DNA of 64,000 bases from Saccostrea echinata. Lineage: Eukaryota. Location of the stretch: the NCBI RefSeq assembly GCF_033153115.1, contig NW_026889803.1, positions 38,316,001-38,380,000 on the forward strand, read 5' to 3'. Below, in pieces: positions 1 through 10,142 of this stretch. Each line of letters begins with the position of its first letter. The stretch's first letter is position 1. The position numbers were made by a program, and so were the translations under genes. The notes under the pieces are model-generated. The model was given only the letters and a program-made list of their open reading frames with translations. It did no database searches and was not told where the DNA came from.

Positions 1-1074
1 AAGTTTGTAATCACAGGGTGCAATATTTTCGAACGAAAGGTGGCAGACACTTACCACTTTACTCGGAGCAGCGATTCGTTTGACGTTGACGTAAATGTCT
101 GTTTTCTTATTCCTTTCTCAAAAGAGACAATACTGCTGCACTTGAATGATTTTAAGCTTGAAAACGGTCAGCTCATTCAAAGCGAGGCAGATGAGAGAGG
201 GCTTCTCTACGTACAGCTTCCGAGAGGGTTCGAAGTCAGATTTACCTCATCTCACTTGGAAAAGAATGCATTTGCTTCTTTCGGAAGAAATTCAGCTCAG
301 ACACGAACATATCGTTTGGTTAAATGTATCGCCAAAGTTTTACTCCCTAAAATTGAACAAAAGTATAGGTGTTGTCGTTGTAGAGAGCCAATCTTTGCTT
401 CGTTTTATTTGAAGAATATTGTTCTTTTCCTTTGTGAATATTACAAAAAAGATGAACATTGGCAAGAAGAAAATATTGGAAGCAGAGTGATAGAAGTATT
501 TCTTATTCTAAACCATTGTTTTTCAAAAGATTTCCCATGTATTTCTGGCTATTTCTTCCCTGTGACTTACAGCGTGAATGAGTTGTTTGTATACCGACCG
601 CAAACCAGGTACCTTATATCTGAATCTGAAGACATCCATTTCGTGGATGAGAGTAAGTTAACAGAAATAGAAAAGACGTGCGAGGAGGCAGTATATTTTG
701 ATTTAAACGAATATTTGTTCCAAATGCAAAGTAGGCGAAAAGAATGTTCTATCAAAAATTTGTTTGAAAGCAATCGGTGTTTGGAAAGAGTTCAGTTTCG
801 CCGCAGTCATGACCCGGAAGAAATTAGATTTGACCCAGGAAAAAGCGAGGCTGGGAGAGTAAGAGATTTCCCGAAAAACCTCTCAAGAGAAACTCGTCAC
901 GACGATAAAGCCCAGCATCGCTGTTTTCTCCCCGAGGTCGAAAAAATATGTCAACTTACTGAAGATGATTCTTTTCATAAAAAGGTTAGAGAGTATGTTG
1001 AACGCTTAGAGACAACAGAATGGAATTATAAAGATGTTTTACAAGGAGTTGTCGATCTATTGCTTGAATTGTGA
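1..1074 (+). CDS. Mab-21/cGAS-like receptor (cGLR) paralog A, 5'-truncated by the window edge
   Basis: The frame is open from base 1 (KFVITGCNIFERKVADTYHF...) and colinear with the C-terminal two-thirds of the 4874-6535 protein. It has the Mab-21 motifs 'RFTSSHLEKNAF', 'LVKCIAK' and 'ASFYLKNIVLFL'. The ORF-track 'M' at 40 is an internal GTG. Confidence 0.88.
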   Translation, partial: KFVITGCNIFERKVADTYHFTRSSDSFDVDVNVCFLIPFSKETILLHLNDFKLENGQLIQSEADERGLLYVQLPRGFEVRFTSSHLEKNAFASFGRNSAQTRTYRLVKCIAKVLLPKIEQKYRCCRCREPIFASFYLKNIVLFLCEYYKKDEHWQEENIGSRVIEVFLILNHCFSKDFPCISGYFFPVTYSVNELFVYRPQTRYLISESEDIHFVDESKLTEIEKTCEEAVYFDLNEYLFQMQSRRKECSIKNLFESNRCLERVQFRRSHDPEEIRFDPGKSEAGRVRDFPKNLSRETRHDDKAQHRCFLPEVEKICQLTEDDSFHKKVREYVERLETTEWNYKDVLQGVVDLLLEL

Positions 1075-1780
1075 TGAAGTGAATTGAACTGAATGAAATT
1101 AAATACTAGTATTTCATGATTATGAAAGAGCTTAAGCTTAAGTCAAAAACTTTACCTTGTAATGAAATGTTGTAAAAGCCAATAGTCAAAATGAAAAAAA
1201 AACCGTCAAAAAGTGCTTCTATCTGCAAATGTAGAGATAACATTGATTATTAAAAAAAAACGTCTTACGAGTGATGAAAAATTTGACTCGAGTGGAAGTC
1301 TGCTGTATGTTCCTGGGGCCAGGTTTCTAAAAGTTACAACCAGATGATAAATACAAATGACATAAAAAAAAAACTTAACTAAAACAAAAAAAAAATTCGT
1401 TGTGTAAATGAACAAAACTGAACGAAGTGACATACAAGATGCTCAAAAATGTTTTAACAATTACATTCAATTTATTCCTTATAATAAATTTTCATCATAT
1501 CACAGTGTTTAGCACAGTTTGTATTGATTTATCATTAAAATAATGTACTGTTAATTATTTCAAAATCGAGTATATTTCATTCATATTTACCCACAAGATC
1601 GCAAATAATATGAACATCATACATATTTCAAAATACATTTTAAAAAAAAGATATGGATTGCTTGACTTTTTTAACTCAATAACCTAGTAGGATGCAATGA
1701 AATGAACAAAAGAGAATAAAACTTCATTGATTAGACACATTTTCTGTGTACTGACTAAAATAAATATTTGTGCAGTTGCT

Positions 1781-2150
1781 ATTATATAAATATTGCATGT
1801 AGTTGAGTGTAACATTGAAAATTTTCACCTCAAGAAAATCATTGTCAACCGAGGCGCAGCCGAGGTTGACAATGGTTTTCGAGGGGTGAAAATTTTCAAT
1901 TTTACACTCAACTGCATGCAATATTTATTATATAATACTGAATGTTTTATACAAATACATATAACAGTGAACCTTGTGCGCATAAATTCTGCGCAGTCAC
2001 TATTTTTTAGAATATCACCTGTCGTCAAGCAGTGTTAACTGTTGCTACGCTGGAGGGCGTGGCTTCATTATTCAGCGGGTAATAGTGTTTTTTAACAAAT
2101 GTTTCTCGACGAATCAGATTCAACTAAGTTACATGAAAGTATAATATTAT
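1781..2150. mobile_element. Non-autonomous insertion with a ~155-bp near-perfect palindrome (1781-1936)
   Basis: Arms 'taaatattgcatgtagttgagtgtaacattgaaaattttcacc...attgtcaacc' and 'ggttgacaat...ggtgaaaattttcaattttacactcaactgcatgcaatattta'. The segment is absent at the homologous position (~7020) in the second duplicated unit. The right boundary is approximate. Confidence 0.7.
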
Positions 2151-2169
2151 GCAATATGTATTTTACTTT

Positions 2170-2356
2170 TTAAAGTCTGGCGAGGACGTTGTTATTTTCC
2201 GGTGATTGATTGGGGAATGAGGTCGAGACCTCTTCAGCCCAGTATTTACTCACCATAACTAGTATTTGATCACTCTCATCAGCCCACTGGCCCAGCCCTC
2301 CCAGGCATATCCCGTCCTCTGCATCGATGCTGAGCACGATAGGGTGTCCTAGCATT
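2170..2356 (-). pseudogene. Remnant of the 3' end of the B-box/NHL gene
   Basis: MLGHPIVLSIDAEDGICLGG...KYWAEE aligns to MLGHPIGLSIDAEDKIWLAEG...KYWAEE of 7044-8108. It carries an internal duplication, and homology stops abruptly at ~2356. Confidence 0.85.
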
Positions 2357-3562
2357 CATTTCCCTTTTTTATGACCTACGGTATAATTCTATAGCAAGTT
2401 CTTATCAGGAACTTAAGTATAAACTGCACTAAATCTTTTTTTCTGAGTCACTGTTTTCGTCACTGTAAACATTATTAAAGTAGTTAATTTTGATGGCACT
2501 AAGTGTCCTCAGACTACTATAGTCGGTGAGTATATCTTAAATTTTTTTAAGGACCTCCATTTTGGATGGAAATAAGAGAGGTTTAGCAATGATATGTATG
2601 AAGAAATATTTTATTAGTAATTAATTGATGTGTCTGAAATACCTATGTGCAATTGAAAATACATTTTCATGTTGGATCACGTTTTGTTTTAGGTAACGGA
2701 TACTTGCACATTCTAATCTATATATCTTTCATAATACCTCAGAACGTCTGATGATAAATGCAAAGCAAGAACATGCTGTATTCGCAATGTACTGTTTCAT
2801 ATCGTTGCATGATGCTTTTTACAAAGATCGTCATAATTTTAAATCATTTTAAAAAAGAATAAATATGGGGTTACCCCATTTCCAAAATGTTTCAACAAAA
2901 GCATATAATGTCTTTATCGTTTCTGATTTACAAAGGCATTAAATATTTTACATGAAGCAAAATAAGCATTTTAAAACAAAATACTGTTTAGTAACTTTTC
3001 CTAGTTAGTGTACATACCGAGATCAATATCCATGCAAGTTTGATTTAAGTAGGACTTATAGTTACTTGAAAATACATCTGCTCCAAAAGTTTACTCGTCC
3101 AGAAAATGTAGATCATTTCCATCCGAAGCAAATGTCCATCCCTTGTTGCATCGTCCATGCTAGTTTGGTCCTGGTAGAGTTCATATTCACTCATCTGGAA
3201 AATGTAGGTCAGATCCAGCACCCAAAGCAGATTGGGTAGTGTCCATCCCTAGATACATCATCCCTGCAAGTTTGGTCCAAATTTGAAGCCCTTCGGCGGT
3301 ATATGGTGACGTCACCATATGAGTGAAAAAAAATTGAATGGGACATAAAACAAAAAAAAAAAAAACAATTATCTGAAGCACGTTAGTAAGTGCCCATCCA
3401 TGATGCATCATCCATGGAAGTTTGGTCCAGGTAGAGAAACTTGGGATATGGATTTTCTCTTAAAACTTAATCGACTACGTCAAGGTGAGCTAAAAAGGGG
3501 AAGAGTGACCAGTAATGACTATGAACCCCACCCCCCCCCCCTCCTTCAGGTAACACCAACCC

Positions 3563-4620
3563 CTAGAAAGTTGGTAAAATAGTCCTCTCTATAAACAAGA
3601 GTCCCATGGCCCTTATAGGTCACTAGAAAGCTGGTAAAATAGTCTTCTCTATAAACAAAAGTCCCACGGGTCTTATAGGTCACTTGAGGATCATGTAACA
3701 CTTTCCCACAGTTGAACTTGAAATTAAAGACCCCACAGAGTCTGCCACATCCGTTTCATATTTGGATGTTTTTCAGACTACAAACGATAAATGCCAATTA
3801 GCAACTAAACTGAATGAAAAACGAGATGATTTTAACTTTTCCATCGTCAACATTCCTAATGTATGTAGTAATATCCCGTTATCACCTGCATATGGTGTGT
3901 ATATCTCCCAACTTATTCGATACTCAAGAGCATGCTTCGAGTATGATCAGTTTTTTAACCGAGGCGGGCTACTGACAGACAAGTTGATATTACAGAAATT
4001 TCAACAACCTCGTTTAATATTAGCATTTTGTAAATTCTATAATGACCTTGCTAGCAAATATAACCTATCACTGGGTCGTATTTTGGCTGACTTGTTTCAT
4101 ACCAATAGTTAGGCCTTTGTTTTTACACTGAATTTGGATATGGAATGTTCCATCTACCCGATCAATACATAGGACTCACGGCACCTGATCCCATCTCTGG
4201 AGTTTTCATGGGCCATGTTTATGCCTTTTTCATATATTTTTATTGTTTAAAGATTTTATGAGATCGATCACCGTTCGTTATCTTCGCCCTTTTCATTTAA
4301 AATTCGTTCGTGTTTAAAACCAAATCTAGAGGCCATGAATTTCACAGTTTTGAAAGATACATCTTTGCTCATCCAAACACACATTTAGTTTGTTTACTTA
4401 ATACCCAGAAGCAGAGCTAAATATCATTAAAGAAATAATGAATTTTCACAATATGATCAGTAAAACTCCCACCCCACGGGAACCCCTGACCCTGGGACCA
4501 CACATTCACAATTTTGGAAGAGGCACCCTTGCTCATCATGCATTGTAACTATGCATTTTCTTTGTTTCTTTAATACCAAGTAGCAGGTCAGATGATTTCC
4601 GAAGCATGAATGCATTTTTG
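3563..4620 (+). mobile_element. Degenerate HINE/Helentron-like element interrupted by a Penelope-like RT fragment
   Basis: Begins with a ~60-bp tandem duplication containing 'aaacaagagtcccatggcccttataggtcac'. Satellite-like units ('ccatgaatttcacagttttgaaagatacatctttgctcatc' and 'ccacacattcacaattttggaagaggcacccttgctcatc') resume after ~4320. Confidence 0.5.
3700..4297 (+). mobile_element. 5'-truncated Penelope-like retroelement (RT C-terminal/thumb region plus 3' tail)
   Basis: ORF 3762-4112 'KRDDFNFSIVNIP...SNIPLSPAYGVYISQLIRYSRAC' is typical of invertebrate PLE RTs. The tail 'gttcgttatcttc' recurs at ~49030 (-), ~52495 (-) and ~55480 (+). Confidence 0.72.
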
Positions 4621-4873
4621 CTATTTAGTCAAAAATAAATTTGATTCAAACCTGACTTTCGTAATAAATCTCAAATACATGTACAGTGTATATATTATCA
4701 CTGATTGATGAAATTAAGATGATTAATCTCTTTTCCAATTTATGTAACTTGCCTTTTCTTTTATTTTTCATACAATGAGTAAGTATTCAATAAATTCGTA
4801 AATAATTATCTTATATACCTATACATGCTCTTTCTCTACTGTTCTGAAAATTTCCAGTTCTTTCACAGTTTTA

Positions 4874-6535
4874 ATGGCACTTTCAAGACCTGTTTGGCCA
4901 TATGACTATTGGGAGGATGAAGATAAGCTCAACTTCAAGGGCTGTCCCCATCTTCAACAACCAAAGGATGTTAGAACCATCTTTTCCGAATCCACAAAAA
5001 CACGAAAATCATTCTTTCAAAATCTGGAATCTTCTTTGAAAATGGAAGACACAGAATTTAAAAACTTACGCGGCACATTTTTCAAGATGATTGAAGACTC
5101 TTTAGTTGGTCTTCAAAATTCCTATAAGATTTTTGAGGACAGCTACTTAAAACTTGCTGGCAGTTCAGCAGAATATACTAAAATTGGGAAACCGGATGAA
5201 TTTGATTTTACAATAATTCTTCCAAGATTGGCCCACCCAGATTTCTTTTGGAAAGATACGAGAAAACAAAACCTTGTATTGTTAGAATTGTGCGCTGACC
5301 TTCAGCTTGGGCGTCCAGACATGTTAGCAGTCGACATTCAACACGCATTAAAAGGTCTTATGTCTGCTAGTTTGATTGAAAAGCTTGCACCAGGATGGAA
5401 ATTCGCAATCACAGGGTGCAATATTTTCGAACGGAGGACTGCAGACACTTACCACTTTACTCGGAGTAGCGACTCTTTTGAAGTTGACGTGGATGTCTGT
5501 TTTCTTATCCCTTTCTCAAGGGAGACAATTCTGCAGCACCCAAATCTATTTAAGCTTGAAAACGATCATATTGTTCAAACTTTGGCAGATGAGGAAGGAT
5601 TACTCTATGTAATGCTTCAAAGAAAAAATGAAATAAGATTTATTTCATCTCAATTGGAAAGGAATGCATTTGCTTCTTTCGGGAGAAATTCGGCTCAGAC
5701 ACGAACATATCATTTGGTTAAATGCATCGCCAAAGTTTTACTCCCCAAAATTGAACAAAGATACAGGTGTCATCGTTGTAGGGAGCCAATCTTTGCTTCG
5801 TTTTATTTGAAGAATATTGTTCTTTTCCTTTGTGAATATTACAAAAACGATAAACATTGGAAAGAAGAAAATATTGGAAGCAGAGTAATAGAAGCATTCC
5901 TTATTCTAAACTATTGTTTTTTACAAACTGTGCCTAGTATATCTGGATATTATTTTCCTATGACTTACAACATAAACAAATATTTAGTATACCGGCCAAC
6001 ATCCTACGGGTGCTCTTGCTGTGGATTCAAAACGGTGGCTTGCAAAGATGAATGGCCAAAAAAAGGATACCTAACATCTGAATCTAAAGATGTCCAAATC
6101 ATGGCGGAGAGTAAGCTATCAGAAATAGAAAAGACGTGCGAAGAGGTCGTGTACTTCGATTTGAATGAATATTTGTTCCAAATGCAAAATAAGCGAAAAG
6201 AATATTCCCAAGACTTGTTTGAAAGCAATTGGTGTTTGGAAAGAGTTCAGTTTCGCCACAACCATGACCCGGAAAAAATTAGATTTGACCCAGGAAAAAG
6301 CGAGGCCGGGATGTTAAGAGTTTTCCCGAATAATGATTACCTCTCAAGAGAAACTTTTAACGACGAGTTAGCCCAGCATCGCTGTTTTCTCCCCAAGGTC
6401 GAAGTAATATGTCAGCTCACCAAAGACGTTTCCTTTCATAAAAAAGTTAGAGAGTATGTTGAACGTTTAGAGGCAACAGAATGGAATTATAGAGATGTTT
6501 TACAAGGAGTTGTCGATTTGTTGCTTGAATTGTGA
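4874..6535 (+). CDS. Mab-21/cGAS-like receptor (cGLR) paralog B, 553 aa, single coding exon
   Basis: Nucleotidyltransferase signature 'LAGSSAEYTKIGKPDEFDFTIIL' (hGS-x-[DE]h[DE]h), third acidic strand 'VDVDVCFL', and the Mab-21 C-lobe motifs 'SSQLER', 'LVKCIAK' and 'SFYLKNIVL'. Splice acceptors just upstream of the ATG suggest a 5'UTR intron. Confidence 0.92.
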   Translation: MALSRPVWPYDYWEDEDKLNFKGCPHLQQPKDVRTIFSESTKTRKSFFQNLESSLKMEDTEFKNLRGTFFKMIEDSLVGLQNSYKIFEDSYLKLAGSSAEYTKIGKPDEFDFTIILPRLAHPDFFWKDTRKQNLVLLELCADLQLGRPDMLAVDIQHALKGLMSASLIEKLAPGWKFAITGCNIFERRTADTYHFTRSSDSFEVDVDVCFLIPFSRETILQHPNLFKLENDHIVQTLADEEGLLYVMLQRKNEIRFISSQLERNAFASFGRNSAQTRTYHLVKCIAKVLLPKIEQRYRCHRCREPIFASFYLKNIVLFLCEYYKNDKHWKEENIGSRVIEAFLILNYCFLQTVPSISGYYFPMTYNINKYLVYRPTSYGCSCCGFKTVACKDEWPKKGYLTSESKDVQIMAESKLSEIEKTCEEVVYFDLNEYLFQMQNKRKEYSQDLFESNWCLERVQFRHNHDPEKIRFDPGKSEAGMLRVFPNNDYLSRETFNDELAQHRCFLPKVEVICQLTKDVSFHKKVREYVERLEATEWNYRDVLQGVVDLLLEL

Positions 6536-7043
6536 TGAATTGAGTGAACTGAAGTGAATTGAAATATTTCGGGTTTATAAAATTTACATCTTAGACCCAG
6601 GTATACTGTGTTTAAACGACATAAAATTATTAAACTAACACAAAAACTCCAGCTGCTGAAATGATCTAAATTGAATTGCTGACTCCACTATATGCACATA
6701 CGTTATTTAACAATTACATGTACATCTACTTTGTTTCATAAATATCCATTATTTGTTTAGCACTGTGTGTAATGATTTATCCAATTTATTGTTATAAAGT
6801 TTAAAGTCATGTATTTTTCATTCTTATTCATAAAAAAGGCAAACGTCAGATACATTTACAAATATTATTTCCTGAAAATATGTATGAAAAATTTATGGTA
6901 TGCTTGATTTTTAGTTTTAATAACATAAAAGGATGCAATAAATAGAACAAAACACATACATGTTATTCTTCATTAAAATAACACATTTTTGTGTACTAAA
7001 ATAAAATCGTGCAGCTGCTTTTACGATATATAATTTTTAAAAG

Positions 7044-8108
7044 TCAGATGAAGACGTTGTCATTATCCGGTGATGGGTTGAGGAATGAGGCCGGCTCTTC
7101 AGCCCAGTATTTGATCACCCTCACCAGTCCACTCGCCCAACCCTCCGCCAGCCATATCTTGTCCTCTGCATCGATGCTGAGCCCGATAGGGTGTCCTAGC
7201 ATCCCCGACAAGAAAATCCTTTGAAAAACTCCTTCACTATTGATCATGTGAAGTTTACCGTTAGAGAAATCTGTAATGATAATATTACTTTGACTGTCCA
7301 TAGCTATCCCATGGGGATCAAACTTCCTTACACTGGAGGTTGTTCGATTGCCATGGTATGTGAATTTAAGCAGTCCGTGTGAAGTTGTGCATATGACTTT
7401 GTGTTTATCAGAAACACAGATATCACCATTTTTGTTCTCTGCAAGATATCCAGGAAATTCGAAGAGCAACTTTCCATTTCTTTCATTCTGAAACTCTTGA
7501 ATAGGGTTTCCATTCATGGAGTCATATTTTACTACCTTGCTTTCGCTGGGCTTGTACAAACTTACAAGAACGTCATTTAACAACGTAAATGCCAGCCCTC
7601 GTGGTTGCCAAACACCTGCACAGAATAGTGGGTATGTCTTGTTGTTGACCGATGTCCCGGATAATTTCAAGACTGAATTCGTCTGAAAGTCTACATAGAA
7701 CAATTCTCCTTTGTGGTCTATTGCAAGTCTCTGGGGATCGCCGTTAACAGTAACTGAACGAACCATTTCACCTTTCAAATTTAGACACTTTATATCTGAA
7801 TTTCTTCCACACACCCAAAATTGGTCAGTTCCTTGGCAGCATATGTCGTGCAACCAATTGTAGTCACATTTTATGGTACATATTATTTCTGCTTCCGGTT
7901 TAAGAGTTTTCCCCGGAAGTGTTATACTGCGTGGTGTTCGAACATGCGAGCGATTCCTGTCAACGTACTTGATGATGCTGTGTCCGAAGACGGATTTCAT
8001 CACTATGTGCTTAGCAATGCATTCTGTGCAGAGTATTTTTTCACACATTGAACAGTACATATGAGCTTCTAAGCGACAGAGAAAACATTTCACAGTGTCT
8101 TTTTCCAT
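7044..8108 (-). CDS. B-box zinc finger + NHL-like six-bladed beta-propeller protein (RING-less TRIM2/3/71-like), 354 aa
   Basis: N-terminal CFLC...YCSMCEKILCTECIAKH...H (B-box); NHL-type blades 'PQRLAID', 'PRGLAFT', 'PGYLAENKNGDICVSD', 'FDPHGIAMDSQSNIIITD' and 'HPIGLSID'. Acceptor tttag|ATG; putative 5'UTR exons at 8273-8322 and 8570-~8630. Confidence 0.88.
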   Translation of the reverse strand: MEKDTVKCFLCRLEAHMYCSMCEKILCTECIAKHIVMKSVFGHSIIKYVDRNRSHVRTPRSITLPGKTLKPEAEIICTIKCDYNWLHDICCQGTDQFWVCGRNSDIKCLNLKGEMVRSVTVNGDPQRLAIDHKGELFYVDFQTNSVLKLSGTSVNNKTYPLFCAGVWQPRGLAFTLLNDVLVSLYKPSESKVVKYDSMNGNPIQEFQNERNGKLLFEFPGYLAENKNGDICVSDKHKVICTTSHGLLKFTYHGNRTTSSVRKFDPHGIAMDSQSNIIITDFSNGKLHMINSEGVFQRIFLSGMLGHPIGLSIDAEDKIWLAEGWASGLVRVIKYWAEEPASFLNPSPDNDNVFI

Positions 8109-9993
8109 CTAAACAAAAATAATAATGGTTAAAAAAAATGTTTTTCTCATTCTTTGAACATGTAATTATGTATATTTGAATTGCATCAACATACAAACAT
8201 TTTAGAAACACTTCTTTATCCCAACTAAATCACGATCTGTACGTACGTCAAACAGTTGAAGAGAATAATTACCTTTTCTGTTTCAAGTCAACAAAATGTT
8301 CAGAATCTTGCCACGTAAATCTCTGAAAGGAATTAACACGAAAAAATATATATTACAAAAAATATTAATTTAGCTGGGTGAAAAATAGAATGTTGTAGTT
8401 TCTTTATTTCATATATTCAAAAAATCTATACATGCACTTATAGATGAAAACGTCGGTAAAAGAAACACTGATCAACTTCTTGGACTCTTGCGGTTGCAAC
8501 CTATGAACATGGAAATTCTTTATTAATAAATTTTAAAACAAATGCTTATAGTAGCTATTTATTACATACCTGTCTACAGAGTGTGTGTCCTTGCTCGATG
8601 TGCTTAGCGTCTGTGGGATCTATTCATAAAATTGTCATTTCTTTACTTTCGATTTGTTCGGTGTTTACTAGGGCTAAAGGAAAACATTAAACTTGGTCGT
8701 TCCTTACCAGTGAAAATTAGTGACGACACTCGGTGACATACGAAGCTTTAAAACAAAGTTTACTGACACACTTGGAATCAGATTACACACTTCAACATAT
8801 AACTAGTTTTTTTTTTCTAAATCAATAAGCCTATCAGTCTGATAAAATCTTACTCGATTTGCCCCAGTGCACATTATTTTAAATTTCAAATTCCTACTCC
8901 TCCGGGACCAAGTAAGGTTAGGTCAATTTTGTGTGTTCTAGGTCAATAGAACCGTACAATGTATTTCTTTCGTGCAGCTGGGAGGATTAAAACATTCGAT
9001 CGCTGTACATAGACTCATAGTATAACACTACCTGCATGATAACATTTAAATTAGAAACTCATAGGGCAGGAGAATGGAGATCAATTATTATATGTAGACT
9101 TAATAACTATTTGTCATGGTCAGACTTAACTGAATTTATTTTTATTGAAATCTTAGGTTTCATATTCGTGACTTTGATTTTTGTGACATTCATGATTTAT
9201 AATAAAAGCTTCTCCAAAAGAAGTGGTGTATAGTATGCTTCTCTATTGTTCGTTTGTCTGTCTGATTTCATGACCTTGATGGAATTTAGTGGGGAATATG
9301 TGCCCTAGGGCAATGAGAAATCGATTAGGCTTTTACGTGTAAATATTAAAGCAGACGATTATATCACACTACAGCATAAGCAAAGACGGATAACAAATTT
9401 TATTCTGCGTATATAGGTTCTCTGGCGATAAATGAGGTAAATATTGAAAATTAAGGGTTTCAGCGCATTTAAAATGGAATCGTGTTTAAGTTACTATCAT
9501 CTGTCAAGGCAGGCCAGTAGTAGGCGGGAAGGTTAAATTGGGGGTCGCGCAGGGGGGGGGGGGGCGGTCACCTCACTTTTTTGTGTGCGGTCAAGCATAC
9601 GTAAATTCCAGCATTTGAAAGAAAAAATGTACAGAAAAGTTTGAGACAAACCCCCCCCCCCCCTTGCTTGACAACTTTTTCTCGGAGGTTCCCCTCCCCC
9701 TTTTTGCTTTTTAAAACCTTTGCAATGGACTTGCAAGAAAAGTAAAAAAGGATTCTCAATTGTGGATTTCAAAGTCCATGTACCAGGTTTTGTGATTATT
9801 TCATTGGTATTTGGTGTGGCCTGTTTGATTTATATTCCTACTCCACTAGTCCATTTTTATTTAGAAAAGCGCTAGCAATTTTATTAAAGTAATCAATAAA
9901 ATTCCTGAATATATTCACTATTGTCCTAAACGACTGTCAATAGTTAACTACATACTGTTCGTGAGAAGAATTTTAAAGAAAATGTCACCTTTT

Positions 9994-10142
9994 NNNNNNN
10001 NNNNNNNNNNNNNNNNNNNNNNNNNNNNNNNNNNNNNNNNNNNNNNNNNNNNNNNNNNNNNNNNNNNNNNNNNNNNNNNNNNNNNNNNNNNNNNNNNNNN
10101 NNNNNNNNNNNNNNNNNNNNNNNNNNNNNNNNNNNNNNNNNN
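9994..10142. other. Assembly gap (N run); other gaps at 47515-47667, 60092-60254 and 61634-61766
   Basis: Runs of n in the sequence. Confidence 0.99.

Noticed and set aside
1724-2038. Near-identical ORFs on opposite strands (MHAVECKIENF / MHVVECNIENF)
   Set aside because: Artefact of the palindrome; no coding signal.
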